Origin: an uncultured Methanoregulaceae archaeon
Lineage (GTDB): Archaea; Halobacteriota; Methanomicrobia; Methanomicrobiales; Methanospirillaceae
DNA length: 64,000 bases
Assembly: GCA_963717525.1 (NCBI GenBank)
Contig: OY970343.1
Span: 832,001 to 896,000 of the forward strand
Direction: 5' to 3'
The position numbers were made by a program, and so were the translations under genes. The notes beneath the pieces were generated by a model that had not been told where the DNA came from, made no database searches, and saw only the letters and a list, made by a program, of their open reading frames with translations. Shown in pieces: positions 9,918 through 22,343 of this stretch (positions within the stretch are counted from its first letter, which is position 1; each line of letters starts with the position of its first letter).

Positions 9918-10796
9918 TTACTCTGCGAGCCGGTACCCGTCCTTTCCCTTCAGGATAAAACCTTCGCCCTCAAGCGCCGCAAGGATCCGGCGCACACGTG
10001 CCGGTTCCTCTGACACCTGAGCTGCGATCGCTTTTTCCCGTGCCGGGAAAGTGACAATGAGGTATTTCAGGATCATGCCCCGTATCCGCCGGTCCGATCC
10101 GGCAAATGGCGCCTGCTTCACGTACGCGGTGCTCTTCCGGTTGGGATTGGGGACGCTCTTTTTGAGTTCCGTCCCGAGATCCATGAGTGCCCAATACCAG
10201 ACCCGGGGATTCTCCCGGTCGAGCGTCCGTTCCACGAGCGGCAGAATCTCCGCATCAGTCACCGATTCTGCGCCGGAAAAGAAAAAATGGATAAATACCC
10301 GTCGGATGTTGGTCTCAATAAAGACGACCGGGAGGTTGAAGGCAAAGGCGCAGATGGAGGAGGCTGTCGCCGGCCCGATCCCGGGGAATGTGGCAAGCAC
10401 CTGCGGGTCACACGGAACTTTCCCTTTATGCTCGTTTTCCAGTTTTTCGGCACATTTTTTCAGGGAGACAGCCCGACGGTTGTAGCCCATGCCCTGCCAT
10501 GCGGCAAACACTTCGGAGAGGGGGGCCTTTGCGAGTGTCGCAGGATCCGGGAACGCAACGATGAATGCCGGGTATCTGAGTGAGACCCGTTCTACCTGGG
10601 TCTGCTGGAGCATGATCTCGGAGACCAGGATCCGGTACGGGTCGTCCGTGTGGCGCCAGAGCATGTCGTGCCGGCCATGGCGCTGGTAGAAAGTAAATAC
10701 CTCACAGCGAAACTCCGCGACTGCTTCATCAGTCAGGTGAGTGTGAGAAAAGACCGGGCCGGAACTTTTCAGGAGCGTCTGCGTGCTCTTTTTCAT
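9918..10796 (-). CDS. mutY: A/G-specific adenine glycosylase-like HhH-GPD protein (short, lacking Fe-S cysteines)
   Basis: PYRILVSEIMLQQTQV, WQGMGYNRRA, PGIGPATA, ETNIRRV, ALMDLG. Confidence 0.85.
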   Translation of the reverse strand: MKKSTQTLLKSSGPVFSHTHLTDEAVAEFRCEVFTFYQRHGRHDMLWRHTDDPYRILVSEIMLQQTQVERVSLRYPAFIVAFPDPATLAKAPLSEVFAAWQGMGYNRRAVSLKKCAEKLENEHKGKVPCDPQVLATFPGIGPATASSICAFAFNLPVVFIETNIRRVFIHFFFSGAESVTDAEILPLVERTLDRENPRVWYWALMDLGTELKKSVPNPNRKSTAYVKQAPFAGSDRRIRGMILKYLIVTFPAREKAIAAQVSEEPARVRRILAALEGEGFILKGKDGYRLAE

Positions 10797-10975
10797 GGTA
10801 CCGCCATACTTCGGTTATCCCGTAACGGATCTTACCGTGAGGGTAATAAGAATTGGGATTGCTGCAGGGTAGGGATGCACGAAAATTTTACGGGACTCCA
10901 TGTGATGATACAGCATAATCAGGTTCTTTTCCCTGTACCAGAGACGGATGAACGTTATCACAATGCTCTTTATCC

Positions 10976-12557
10976 ATGGTACCCGATATCGTACCACGGA
11001 AGGCACCCATGGACGAGGACCCGACCGGCAGTTCCCGGTATAACAGTGACGATAGCAAAAGCGGTGAAGAGCGCTTCATGCGCTGGAAAGACTGGCAGGA
11101 ACTGGAACAGGAACAGGACACGCGGATGGCCAGGATCCGCAGCAGTATAGAGGCCGTTTTTTCCGAAGGCCTGATGATTGCACTCTCCCTGCTCCTCATC
11201 CCGGTCATTATCATCCCGTTTCTCATACATGTTCCGCCGGAAGGGCAGCTTGTCCTCAATACCATTGATGGAGCGATCCTTGCGATCTTCATCCTTGAAT
11301 ATGTGTTCAAGCTCGCGCTTGCCGAGGATCGCCGGCAGTTTTTCCTGAACCCTTGGCATATTCTGGATCTCTTCGTTATCGCTGCGCCTATAGCAGCACT
11401 AATCGCAGGGTCATACCAGATGGTGGCCGGATCGCTCCGTCTGCTCCGTTTGCTCCGGCTCACCCGGACTGCCGCGCTCGGCACCCGTGCGTATTCACGC
11501 CGTGGAGCCGGATCGGAGATGAACGCGAGCGCTCCAGGGAGCCCGGCCCCGGAGTGCACAGTCAGGACTCTCTACCCTGCCATCCCGGAAGGCGAAGGCG
11601 GGTGGACCACACGGGAATTACGCGATATTCCGGATGCCGCAAGTATTATCCCGGCTAGCCAGCCTGACGGCGTCATGAAATGGTATGATTTTACCTCAGG
11701 TACAGGACGCGGATCTTGAGAAGATACACCGGCTGACCGGTGTCTCTGTCAGCCTCCTCAGAGAGGCACTCAAGGAACGTGCGTTTCCCTGGGCCCGGTC
11801 GCACCGGAATTACGCTGCGATCTACCTCAGGATAAGGGAGAGTCGCCGCAACCCGGCCAACCCCAAACAGATCATCATCGCGTGGCGATGGATTCTTATC
11901 GTCAGCAAAGACCACAGCCTGCTGACCTTTTCCTCTTCCGCGCCCCAGACCCCGGATCTCATCGCCAGCGAGGCGCTCTCGGCCCATGAATCCCTCACTC
12001 CAGCTGAAATAACGTACCGTTTTTTCCAGGATGCGCTCTCGCGTATCGAGGAAACGCTGCGCGCCATAGAAGACGAACTCGAATACACCGGCTCACTTCC
12101 CATAAGCGAGCAGCCCGCGAGTTTCCTTCCGATGACATTCAGACTCAAGATAGAGTCGGTCAGGATCCATTCATGGCTCCTTCATACCCGGGATGTCCTC
12201 AATAGTATCGTAACCGGCAAGGTTTCCCTCCATGGTATGGAAGACGGATCGCGGTTCTCTGCCCTTTTCGACCGGGCATCGTACCTGTACGACATATCCG
12301 ATGACATCACGGAGAACGTATCATCACTGACCGATTACTACTTCAATTCAACCTCATTCCAGATGGGTCGGGTCATGAAACTGATTGCCGTCTTGTCGGC
12401 ACTAACCATTATCCCAACAGTCGTGGGCAGCCTTCTGGGATCCAACCTTGTGGGCAACCCGTGGCCAATCTCTCTTGCCCAAATGATCGTCATCGTGGGA
12501 ATGGCTATGCTCGCGACAGCGTGGGTGTATTACCGGCTCGGCTGGCTGAAAATATAA
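10976..12557 (+). CDS. Voltage-sensor-like (Ion_trans S1-S4) domain fused to a CorA-like transporter; frameshift near 11695
   Basis: First ORF has FILEYVFKL, WHILDLFVI and LRLLRLLRLTR. Second ORF has a CorA cytoplasmic region, RVMKLIAVLS and two C-terminal TMs. Removing one base joins them as ...KWYDF-QVQDADLEKI... Confidence 0.72.
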
Positions 12558-12586
12558 GCACCCGTCTCCGGAAAAAATACTTTTTT

Positions 12587-14421
12587 TTACGTCCTCCCGA
12601 ACATTTCGTCGAGCTTCGCCCGGGTAAACCGGACCATGGTCGGCCTGCCGTGCGGGCAGGTAAAGGGGGTCCGGGTCACACGGAGCTGGTCGATGATCCG
12701 CTGGCACTGCTCGTGCGTGCAGACGGTGCCGGCCTTGATTGCGCTCCGGCACGCGATGATACGGGTGATCCGTTCCCGGTCGGTAACGGGCCGCTCCGGA
12801 TCCTTGTGTATGAGATCGCTTACGAGATCATCGATCATCTCCGTCCCTTCGACCTTTCCCATCAGGGCCGGGACGGCCCGTACCAGAAACGAACCGCTCC
12901 CGAACTCCTCGATGACGACACCCTCCTGTACAAGCGCAGGGATCAGGTTGCGGAGGATTGCCGCATCCTTCAGGGGTCGGTGAATGATTGCCGGGACGAG
13001 CAGTTCCTGCACATGTCGGGCCGCCATGCTACGACTTACCTGCTCGTAGAAGATCCGCTCGTGGGCAGCATGCTGGTCGATGATAATGAGCTCGCCGTCA
13101 GCTGCTTCGGCCAGGATGTAGATCCCCCCGACCTGCCCAATCACCTCCATCGCGGGCACGACCGCGGTGACCGGAGGAACTCCGCTCGCAAGCTCGGTCT
13201 GCCGGAGCCGGTGGTCGGTTGAGACGGTACCGGCATGAGTTGGTTCGGTAAAAGGGGAGAGGGTGTGTGCCTGGACAGGGGGAGTGATTGTGACGGCATC
13301 GTACGGTACCTCCGGCTCTGATACACTCGAAGCATTCCGGGCTATGCCTCCACCCGCGAGTTCATGGTCTGCCGGGTGCGGAACTGTAACCTCGGGGATA
13401 AGGTTGTTATGAGCAAGTGCCGCACGGACTGCATCGCGCACCGCATCCACGATCTCCCTCTCTTTTGAGAGACGGACCTCCTTTTTGGTCGGGTGAACGT
13501 TGATATCCACGAGCCGGGGGTCGATCGCAAGCGAAAGGAATGCGACCGGGTACCGGCCGTGAGGGAGAAGAGTGCCGTACCCTTCCCGTACTGCGGCGGT
13601 TACAGATGGCGAGGAGATGTATCGTCCATTGATTGCAATAAGAATCCGGTCATGATCCTTGCGGGAGAGCGCCGTGCGAGAGATATACCCCGATATGTGC
13701 ATGAAGGGCAGATCAGTCGAAACCTCGAGAAGTTCGCGGACGTACTCGTTTCCAAAGATCCTGGCTATTGTATCGAGTAACCGGGTGGTCCGTTCGGTGA
13801 CGAGCAGTTCGCGGTTGTTATGGAAGAGCCGGAACGAGACCTGCGGGCAGGAAAGGCAGAGTCCCTCAACAATCCCGTGAATGCGGGCAAGCTCCGTATT
13901 GAGGCTCTTCTGGAATTTTTTCCGGGCCGGGGTATTGAAGAAAAGTTCCTCGACAAGGATACTTGTGCCCCCGGGAGCCCCGGTCTCCCCTTTTGTTTTT
14001 GTAACCCCGCCGACAACTACGATACGGGTACCGGAAGCTCGGGTATGTCCCGGGGTTTTGTTGTAAGTGTCACCTTTGCAACTGCTGCAATGCTTGCGAG
14101 CGCCTCGCCCCGGAATCCCAGAGTATTGATGGAGAACAGGTCGTCCAGTGCCCTGATCTTACTGGTTGCATGCGGGGCAAAAACAAGTCCGGCATCAACG
14201 GGAGACATTCCGCACCCGTCATCGGTCACCTTTATCGCCACGATCCCGCCCTGCACGGATGTGACATCGATCCGGATTGTGCGGGCACCGGCATCGATCG
14301 CGTTCTCAACAAGCTCCTTGACAACCGAAGCCGGCCGTTCGATCACTTCGCCGGCCGCAATCTGGTTAATCGTTGCAGGGTCAAGTATCCTGATGGATGG
14401 GGTACCTTCCTCCGCGGTCAT
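12587..14421 (-). CDS. mutL: DNA mismatch repair protein MutL; one frameshift near 14040
   Basis: [36 protein letters not shown]; then in the frame contiguous with the 371-aa [30 protein letters not shown], endonuclease motifs [11 protein letters not shown] and CPHGRP. Confidence 0.95.
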
Positions 14422-17138
14422 CGTCCCGCACCCTTAAGATCAGTATTTTTGGGTTTTCCTGCAAGCCCTTTTAATTCGGCCAGTTTTGCCAGTGCCTGCA
14501 TCGGGGTCATCGTATCGGTATCGAGGCTGGAGAGTTCCATCACCACCGGATCCGGTACCTGCGGACCGGACCGATCCGGCATGCTGTCATCAACAAGCAG
14601 GATCTGGGTGTAGCGCCGGGCTTTTGTGCCACCCGATGCATCCCGGCTGAGGGTATCGGTAAGAATCATATCGGCGTGATCGGTTACTTTTTTCGGAATG
14701 CCGGCAAGCCGGGCCACGTGGATGCCGTAGCTCTTGTCAGTCGCACCAGGAATCAGTTTCCGCAGGAAAACAACCTCCTTTTTTGTTTCCTGCACTGCGA
14801 AATGATAATTTTTCACCCGTTTCAATTCCCCTTCCATACCGACGAGTTCATGGAAGTGAGTGGCAAAAAGGGTCTTTGCACCGGCCGAGGATTTGCTATG
14901 CAGGTATTCGAGTACTGCCTGTGCGATCGAGCACCCGTCCGCCGTGCTTGTGCCCCGTCCGATCTCGTCGAGGATCACGAGGCTCTTATCGGTCATGTTG
15001 TTGAGAATGTTTGCCAGTTCGAGCATCTCGACAAAGAATGTGCTCTGGCCGCTCGCGAGGTCATCGAATGCCCCGACCCGGGTAAAAATCCTGTCGATGA
15101 TGCCTATCTTTGCAAAACGGGCCGGTACAAAACTTCCTGCCTGGGCCATGATGCAGCAGAGCGCGATGGAACGCATGTAGGTGGACTTTCCTGCCATGTT
15201 CGCTCCTGTAATGATCATGATCTGGGTTTTTGATCCCGATAGGTCTGCATCATTGGGGACAAAACCCCCGGCAAGGCTCCGTTCAACTACAGGATGCCGC
15301 ACATCCCGGCATATGATCGCATCCCCCTCATCCAGCTGGGGGCGGACATAATCAAGATCGACAGCAGTATCAGCAAGTGCAGCTGCGACATCGAGAATAG
15401 AAATCCCTTCTGCGATTTTCTGGAGCGCGGGGATCTGTTTTCTTATCTCATCGATCAGCCCGTCGAACAGCGTGCGTTCAAGCGCGAGCACACGCTCATC
15501 GGCATCCGTAATCACCGCTTCTTTTTCCTTCAGTTCTGGTATCGTATATCGTTCCCCGGTCGCCGTCGTCTGGCGGCGTTCGTACCTGGCCGGGACAAGA
15601 TGGGTATTGGTTTTACTCACGTCGATGTAATAGCCAAAGACCCGGTTGTACCCGATCTTGAGGGATCTGATCCCGGTCTTCTCCCGTTCCTGCTGCTGGA
15701 GCTCTGCGATCCAGTTCTTGCCGGTATGCAGGACTCCGGTCATACTGTCAAGTTCCGCAGAATAGCCGGGCCGAATCAGGCCGCCATTCTTTGCGATGGC
15801 GGGAGGGTCATCAACGATCGCATTTCTGACCAGATCGATGATATCCGGGAGATCAACAAGGCCGTCCCGGGCTTCGGCCACCCGTTCCGGTACGGGGGTG
15901 GATCCGACCGGCGCCGGTGCTGCTGATGCGAGAAGTTCCCTGATTGCCGGGAGGGTCTCTAGCGAATCTGCGAGAGCGACAAGGTCCCGCGGCCCGGCAT
16001 TCCCGTACGCAATACGGGCAGTAATCCGCTCGATGTCAGCATGACGCGAAAGCTGCTCCCGCAGGGACATGCGCAGGGTGGCGGACGTAGTAAAGTATTC
16101 AACCGCGTCGAGCCGTGCGCCAATCCGTGCGATTGCCGTGAGTGGCCGGGTCAGCTGCCGGAGCAGGAGCCGGCTGCCCATGGGTGTCTTGGTCCGATCA
16201 AGAATAGAAAAGAGCGTTGCGCCCTTCTTCCCGCCCCGGATGCTTTCGTGCACCTCGAGGTTGCGCAATGTGATCGCATCAAGCATCATGCCCTGCGCAG
16301 ACGAGCGCGTGGAGAGAGAGCTCACGTGCGGGAGCGCGGACTTCTGGGTCTCCTCTGCATAGGAGAGTGCAGCCCCCGCAGCCCCGATCGCCGCCGGCAT
16401 CGCGTCGCAGCCATAGCCGGCAAGGGTCGCGACCCCGAAGTGATCGCAGAGAGTACGCCCGGCACGGTCGGTACGGAAACAGTCATTGTTATAGGGGGTC
16501 ACTACGACCCCGTCACGGTGCAGGAGTGCCCGCAGGTCTTCGTCTACTGTTGAAGGGACGATGCATTCGGCCGGCCGGTACCGGGCGATCTCGGACCGGA
16601 CGCTCCCGGGGATGTTGTCCACAGGTAGAGCAGAGACAAAGAATTCACCGGTCGAAATGTCCAGAAGAGCCATCCCCCAGTCTGCACCTTTCGCGCCGGG
16701 CGAGATGGCCATAAGATAGGTAGCGGCTGATGAGGGGAGCATGGCCGGATCGATCACAGTTCCGGGTGTGATCACCCGGACCACTTCACGTTTCACAAGC
16801 CCTTTTGCCGTCTTCGGATCCCCGATCTGCTCGCAGATTGCGACCTTGTAGCCTTTTGCGACGAGCCGCGCGATATAAGCCTCGCCGGCATGGTGCGGGA
16901 CCCCCGCGAGCGGGATACGCTGATCGCCGTTTTTGGACCGGGAGGTGAGAACGAGGTCGAGTTCTTTTGAGACGATCTCTGCGTCGCTTTCGAGCGTCTC
17001 AAAAAAATCCCCGATGTGAAAGAACAGGATGGCATCGGGGTACTGCGCCTTGATCTCCCGGTACTGCCGCATACCGGGGGTGAGATTTTTGCCGTCATCT
17101 GCCGACGTACCGGTGCCGGGAGAAGGCTCAGTCTTCAT
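14418..17138 (-). CDS. mutS: DNA mismatch repair protein MutS
   Basis: TPGMRQY, GDFFE, RVITPGT, Walker [43 protein letters not shown]. Confidence 0.97.
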   Translation of the reverse strand: MKTEPSPGTGTSADDGKNLTPGMRQYREIKAQYPDAILFFHIGDFFETLESDAEIVSKELDLVLTSRSKNGDQRIPLAGVPHHAGEAYIARLVAKGYKVAICEQIGDPKTAKGLVKREVVRVITPGTVIDPAMLPSSAATYLMAISPGAKGADWGMALLDISTGEFFVSALPVDNIPGSVRSEIARYRPAECIVPSTVDEDLRALLHRDGVVVTPYNNDCFRTDRAGRTLCDHFGVATLAGYGCDAMPAAIGAAGAALSYAEETQKSALPHVSSLSTRSSAQGMMLDAITLRNLEVHESIRGGKKGATLFSILDRTKTPMGSRLLLRQLTRPLTAIARIGARLDAVEYFTTSATLRMSLREQLSRHADIERITARIAYGNAGPRDLVALADSLETLPAIRELLASAAPAPVGSTPVPERVAEARDGLVDLPDIIDLVRNAIVDDPPAIAKNGGLIRPGYSAELDSMTGVLHTGKNWIAELQQQEREKTGIRSLKIGYNRVFGYYIDVSKTNTHLVPARYERRQTTATGERYTIPELKEKEAVITDADERVLALERTLFDGLIDEIRKQIPALQKIAEGISILDVAAALADTAVDLDYVRPQLDEGDAIICRDVRHPVVERSLAGGFVPNDADLSGSKTQIMIITGANMAGKSTYMRSIALCCIMAQAGSFVPARFAKIGIIDRIFTRVGAFDDLASGQSTFFVEMLELANILNNMTDKSLVILDEIGRGTSTADGCSIAQAVLEYLHSKSSAGAKTLFATHFHELVGMEGELKRVKNYHFAVQETKKEVVFLRKLIPGATDKSYGIHVARLAGIPKKVTDHADMILTDTLSRDASGGTKARRYTQILLVDDSMPDRSGPQVPDPVVMELSSLDTDTMTPMQALAKLAELKGLAGKPKNTDLKGAGR

Positions 17139-17236
17139 CTTACGTATTGTTTTGCCGGCTGGATTTTAAACCGTGCGTATCATGCGGGCCGGGCAATGGC
17201 AGGTTCCCCTGCGAATGTATGCAGCCGGTAACGGGT

Positions 17237-17977
17237 TCAGGGCGTTCTCCTGTAGAACAGGAAGGCTGGCAGCGAAACAATCAGGGCGATCAGTCCAAAA
17301 GCAAGTCCTATTGCAAGCCCGGTACCAAGCAGGCCAAGGATCGTAAGAAAGCCGTTGGTGACCGCAGAAATGTTTGCGGCGAGGAGGCAAAATCCCGCGA
17401 TAATGAGAATAACAAACCCGGCGACGGCATTTTTCAGGTCCTGCGTGCTGGGGGAAAATGAGAGCGCGAGGCTGGTGACAAGATACAGGTAGAGGAGAAA
17501 CCAGATGTTGAACGCGACAACAAGGTTCTGGTACAGGGTCAGACCGATCCCCTCTACCAGGGGGTACAGGGACACGACAGAGTCCAGTGAAGGCATGAAA
17601 GAGGTAAAAGAGCAGCCGGCATAGGTGCCAAAGAACCACGTGAGTGCTGCAAGTACGAGGGGAAGGATAAAGAGCGGGGCGGTGCTGATGATCACGTTCC
17701 CGAGGACAGGGATAGCGGGAGGAGTATACGAAACCATCCCCCCTTTCTTCGAGAGCAGTACGACTTTTCTGATTTTAGCGCCAGTAAGGATGCAGCCTAT
17801 CACGTGGGAGCATTCGTGGACGATCACACCCGGGGCGCTTACGAGAAGATAAAGCGATGGATACCGGAGAGTATGCGCCCAGACGTGATCGAGCAGGCGG
17901 GAGAGCCCCATAACGAGAAGTGCGCCAAGGATAACAATGATGAACGATTCCATCGCCGGGTTCACAGGGCTGCTCAT
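17237..17977 (-). CDS. M50-like membrane metalloprotease
   Basis: PGVIVHECSH (HExxH), multiple TMs, PSTQD motif. Confidence 0.7.
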   Translation of the reverse strand: MSSPVNPAMESFIIVILGALLVMGLSRLLDHVWAHTLRYPSLYLLVSAPGVIVHECSHVIGCILTGAKIRKVVLLSKKGGMVSYTPPAIPVLGNVIISTAPLFILPLVLAALTWFFGTYAGCSFTSFMPSLDSVVSLYPLVEGIGLTLYQNLVVAFNIWFLLYLYLVTSLALSFSPSTQDLKNAVAGFVILIIAGFCLLAANISAVTNGFLTILGLLGTGLAIGLAFGLIALIVSLPAFLFYRRTP

Positions 17978-18091
17978 GCAACAGTATATCCGGCAGTATC
18001 AATAAAAAAGAGCACACCGTTTGGACCTGTTTCCGGATCGCGTTTCTGGTACTTCTGATAGGGTAATATGCACCTGCACCAATGAAACGTT

Positions 18092-20263
18092 ATGCTTTCC
18101 GGGGACAAACCGGACCCTGACCCTCAGCCCTCCGGCCCACAAAAACGATCGCCCAACCGGCTGGTCCATGAGAAAAGTCCGTACCTTCTCCAGCACGCGT
18201 ACAATCCGGTCGACTGGTACCCCTGGGGAAATGAGGCATTTTCCCGTGCGATACAGGAAAACAAGCCGGTTTTTCTTTCTATCGGCTATTCTACCTGCCA
18301 CTGGTGCCACGTGATGGCCAGAGAGTCATTTGAAGACGGAGACGTGGCGGCGGTTCTTAACCGGGGATTCATCAGTATCAAGGTCGACCGGGAGGAGCGC
18401 CCGGATATTGACAGCGTGTACATGGGTGTCTGCCAGCAGATGACCGGCCGGGGCGGTTGGCCACTTACCATTGTCATGACCCCGGAGAAAAAACCGTTCT
18501 TTGCAGGTACGTATTTACCGAAAAAGAACGTTGCCGGGATAACCGGCCTGTCAGATATCCTGTTTCGGATTATCGACCTCTGGCAAAAAAACCGGGAAGA
18601 ACTGTATCGGGCCGCAGATGAAATTTTCCGGACCTCCAGACCCGAATACGGGACTCCTGCAGGAAATCCTGATCGTCGGTTTCTCAATGAAGGTTTTCGA
18701 GAGCTCTCCGGCCATTTCGATGAAAAGAATGGCGGGTTTGGTGGCGCCCCAAAGTTCCCGGCCCCCCACACCCTGATTTTTTTACTCAGATACTGGCATC
18801 TGATCGGGGAGAGCCGTGCGCTTGCCATGGCAGAGCAAACGATCGACGCAATCCGCAGCGGTGGCATCTGGGATCATGTAGGCGCCGGCATGCACCGGTA
18901 TTCGACCGATGCGCAGTGGCTTGTCCCACACTTCGAAAAAATGCTCTACGACCAGGCGCTGCTTGTGCTTGCCTGCGTTGAGGCATACGAGGCGACCCGC
19001 ACAGCCCGGTACCGCACCATCGCTGAGGAATGCATCGCATACGTGCTCAACAATCTCATTGACCCGGGTGGTGGGTTTTACAGTGCCGAGGATGCAGACA
19101 GCCCGGGTGGAGAGGGGGCGTATTACACGTGGGCAAAGGAAGAGATCGCCCGTGTCCTCGGACCGGAAGATGCAGCACTCACTTTCACCCTTTTTACCCT
19201 TACTCCCCTCCATGAGACAGGTGTAGTTCCCAAGGGCATGCCCGGCGACAGCATCAGTCAGCGCTTCATCCTTTCTGCAGGTGGTCCGGACCCGGTACTC
19301 GCTAATACCCTGAAGATCACGGAGCGTGAACTGGCCGTCCGCCGGGACTCCATCCGCATCCGGCTCAGGCAGGCACGAGATGAACGCCCCCGGCCGGCAC
19401 GCGATACCAAGATCCTGACGGATATAAACGCGCTTTTCTGCACTGCCCTTGCGCGGGCTGGCCGGGTATTTGAAAACCCTGGTCATATTGATGTCGCTTC
19501 CCGAACATTGCAGTTCATTTGCCTGCACCTGCGGGATGCTGACGGGCATCTCCTGCACCGGTACAGTGACGGGGAGAGCGGAATTATGGCCTTTGCCGAT
19601 GATTACGTGTACCTGGTTTCTGCCTGTCTTGAACTCTACCGGGCTACCTTTAAGCTCACTTATCTCAGGGATGCCATCAGTCTCAATGCCGTATTTCTTG
19701 CGCATTTGCTCGATGCAGAAAACGGCGGGTTCTTCACCATTTCCGATACGGTCGTCGATCTCCCAGTACGGAAAAAAGAATGGTACGATGGTGCAGTCCC
19801 GTCAGCAAATACCATCGCCTTCGAAAACCTCATGCAGATCTCCCGGTTTACCGGGGATGACGCACTCGAGAAAGTGGCACTGGAGTCCGCCCGGTTCATT
19901 GCCGGGGCCGCTGCCCATGCACCATCCTCAGTAGCGGGGTTCCTTGCAGCACTCACGTGTTCTTACCCCGCGGGGGAGATACAGGATCTCGTGATTGTCG
20001 GCAATCCTCCTGAGACCGATACCCGCAACCTGCTTGACGCTGCACAAAGCCGGTATCTTCCGGGCCTGCTTATCCTGCTCCGGCCACCGGGCAGGGCCGG
20101 GGACGAGGTAGATGCCGTCGCACCCGCTGCCCGTGGCCGTGTTCGCCGTGACCGAAGGGCTACTGCATATCTCTGCTCCGGTTCGACCTGCCTGCCACCA
20201 GTATGCGATCCGCAGGAATTGATTGCCCAGCTTAACGGCAGAAACGAAACGTCAGCCCGGTAA
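18092..20263 (+). CDS. Thioredoxin-domain protein of the YyaL/SSP411 family
   Basis: [53 protein letters not shown]. Confidence 0.93.
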   Translation: MLSGDKPDPDPQPSGPQKRSPNRLVHEKSPYLLQHAYNPVDWYPWGNEAFSRAIQENKPVFLSIGYSTCHWCHVMARESFEDGDVAAVLNRGFISIKVDREERPDIDSVYMGVCQQMTGRGGWPLTIVMTPEKKPFFAGTYLPKKNVAGITGLSDILFRIIDLWQKNREELYRAADEIFRTSRPEYGTPAGNPDRRFLNEGFRELSGHFDEKNGGFGGAPKFPAPHTLIFLLRYWHLIGESRALAMAEQTIDAIRSGGIWDHVGAGMHRYSTDAQWLVPHFEKMLYDQALLVLACVEAYEATRTARYRTIAEECIAYVLNNLIDPGGGFYSAEDADSPGGEGAYYTWAKEEIARVLGPEDAALTFTLFTLTPLHETGVVPKGMPGDSISQRFILSAGGPDPVLANTLKITERELAVRRDSIRIRLRQARDERPRPARDTKILTDINALFCTALARAGRVFENPGHIDVASRTLQFICLHLRDADGHLLHRYSDGESGIMAFADDYVYLVSACLELYRATFKLTYLRDAISLNAVFLAHLLDAENGGFFTISDTVVDLPVRKKEWYDGAVPSANTIAFENLMQISRFTGDDALEKVALESARFIAGAAAHAPSSVAGFLAALTCSYPAGEIQDLVIVGNPPETDTRNLLDAAQSRYLPGLLILLRPPGRAGDEVDAVAPAARGRVRRDRRATAYLCSGSTCLPPVCDPQELIAQLNGRNETSAR

Positions 20264-20305
20264 AAACAGATATTCGCTCACAGTTTTTATGAGGATTTAA
20301 AAAAA

Positions 20306-20782
20306 TTACAGGTTTTTTAAGGCGACGAGATCGCGTACGCCCACCAGTTTCCAGACAAGCGACCGCTCCTCTTCTGCGATCTTGGCCGGGGGATCGGCGG
20401 GGGAATGCCCGAGGGCGGCGAGGATATTGCAGGAGAGTTTGCGTTCCACGATCAAATCAACAAATTTTTCACGTATAATCTTCTTCTCTATTGAGTCACT
20501 TACTTCCTCGAGATATCCCTGAAGCGTAACAAAGGTATAGGACGAAAGGTCTTTTGTATATTTCTCAATCTCGACCGAAACATGCGGACTTTTCCTGAAG
20601 TATTCCTGTTTCTTACCGTACTTGGTGGAGAGGAAATACATAAACGATCCATCGAACACGTACAGGAAAGGTGCAATGTAGGGATATTTCTCTCCCTGGA
20701 ATGCTATCCGGCAGACATACCCTTTCTCTATCAGCCGGTCATATTCCTGTTTCTCCATCCGGGGGATCTTCACGACATCCAT
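20306..20782 (-). CDS. Pyridoxamine 5'-phosphate oxidase-like (NimA-type) flavin-binding protein
   Basis: VCRIAF..YPYIAP..Y, GKKQEYFRKSPHVSVEI; typical size. Confidence 0.78.
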   Translation of the reverse strand: MDVVKIPRMEKQEYDRLIEKGYVCRIAFQGEKYPYIAPFLYVFDGSFMYFLSTKYGKKQEYFRKSPHVSVEIEKYTKDLSSYTFVTLQGYLEEVSDSIEKKIIREKFVDLIVERKLSCNILAALGHSPADPPAKIAEEERSLVWKLVGVRDLVALKNL

Positions 20783-20865
20783 CGAGACGCACCAATTTGC
20801 TTTCAGAGAGGAAGATGATAAATCTTCGTAAATTTAGCCGCAGCAGCAAATCTCTCTGGCATCTC

Positions 20866-22233
20866 TTATTCTTCAGAGGGGTACCCCGCGATGATCCATG
20901 CCTGCATGCCCCCAAGGACGTTTGTCACGTCAGGATACCCGCGCATGGCAAGAACGCTAGCCGCGAGGCTCCCCTTGAACCCTGCATCGCAGTAGACAAC
21001 GACAGGTCGATCACGTGGAATCTCGTGCACGTGCTGAGGGAGCTCTCCAATAAATATGTGCCGGGAACCGGCAATGTGGCCGGTACCTTCCCGGTTTTTC
21101 CGGTCGCGGACGTCAAGCAGGAACAGTTTTTCATGAATGAGCCACTCTTTTAAAGCCTGAACGGTGCAGGTGCCGGTGATCCCGACCGGCTGTGCAGTCC
21201 TGCACCATGCCGGAAAACCGCCTGCAAGCCAGCCAGCTGTAGCGTCATATCCCATCCGTACGAACTGCCGGAGCACGGCCTCGATGCCGGGTGTGAAGTC
21301 GTCAACGATTACGATAGGACGTTTATAGTCCATGAACCAGCCGGCAAATGAGGAAATACCGTCCCGCCAGATCGAGAGGCTTCCCGGGATGTGGCCTGCA
21401 GCAAAAGCCGTGGGCGAACGTATATCCACGATCTGGCAGCCGGTCCCGATTAAATCTGTTATATCCGGGACCGCAAGGGGCCGTGGACAGGGAAGTGAAG
21501 AAAGGAGCGGCGGGCCTTCCTGGTTAACAATTTCCATCTGCCGGAAGTACGGAGGAAGATACGGTGAGTCGGTTGTGCGCCGGGAGACAAACGCGTCTTT
21601 ACCCATGGCAAGGACCGGGTTGGATCTCTTCTCGTAGCCAATGGTCGAAAACGGGTGATCGGCTATTGTGGTGCCGCAGGCAGAACCGGCCCCGTGTGTC
21701 GGGCAGAGGATGACGCCGTCCCCGAGCGGCAAAATCTTCCGGGAGATGCTGTCATAAATCTTTTCTGCCATTTCCGCCTTTCTCTCCAGCCCGAAAAAAT
21801 CCGTCCTTGCAATATCACCCGAAAAGAGCGTATCCCCGGAAAAGACCATGTACGGCTCGCGCGAAACCTCGGCATCCGTAACGACAAGCGTGATGCTCTC
21901 CTCAGTGTGCCCCGGGGTCTCAAGGACTGAAAGTTCCAGAGTTCCCAGCGTGAACCGATCTCCTTCGTGAACTTTGTTCCCGTAGGCAAAGTCCATCCGG
22001 GAACCATGGTAGATCTGCGCTCCGCACCGGTGTGCAAGCTCCGGTGCACCGGTCACATAATCCTCATTCCTGTGTGTTTCAAAAACATGGGTGATAACGG
22101 CATCGTGCTGGCCTGCAAGGCCGAGGTAAAGGTTGCAGTCCCGCCGTGGGTCGATGACTGCCGCAACTCCACCGGATCCGATTATGTACGAATTATGGGC
22201 CAACCCTTCAGCAACGATGCGTTCAAACCACAC
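20866..22233 (-). CDS. MBL-fold hydrolase with two rhodanese domains (persulfide dioxygenase/sulfurtransferase-like)
   Basis: ETHRNEDYVTG, TPGHT, FSGDTLF; rhodanese motifs DIRSP..GHIPGS, YCDAGFKG and GGMQAW. Confidence 0.88.
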   Translation of the reverse strand: MWFERIVAEGLAHNSYIIGSGGVAAVIDPRRDCNLYLGLAGQHDAVITHVFETHRNEDYVTGAPELAHRCGAQIYHGSRMDFAYGNKVHEGDRFTLGTLELSVLETPGHTEESITLVVTDAEVSREPYMVFSGDTLFSGDIARTDFFGLERKAEMAEKIYDSISRKILPLGDGVILCPTHGAGSACGTTIADHPFSTIGYEKRSNPVLAMGKDAFVSRRTTDSPYLPPYFRQMEIVNQEGPPLLSSLPCPRPLAVPDITDLIGTGCQIVDIRSPTAFAAGHIPGSLSIWRDGISSFAGWFMDYKRPIVIVDDFTPGIEAVLRQFVRMGYDATAGWLAGGFPAWCRTAQPVGITGTCTVQALKEWLIHEKLFLLDVRDRKNREGTGHIAGSRHIFIGELPQHVHEIPRDRPVVVYCDAGFKGSLAASVLAMRGYPDVTNVLGGMQAWIIAGYPSEE

Positions 22234-22343
22234 AAAAATCCTCCCCGTTTGTGGAATTCTTGCGCTCCGTAGTATATACTTTTTGCAGCAGAATGAAGAA
22301 AAGTACTAAGTATAGTCCCGATGCAGAGTCCCTGCGCGTCTCC

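Noticed and set aside
12587..14421. mutL pseudogene, mutator phenotype or programmed frameshifting
   Set aside because: Only one +1 indel with all motifs intact, the same pattern as in 11 other genes, and no shared slippery sequence. The 83-aa middle ORF in the track is an off-frame artefact.
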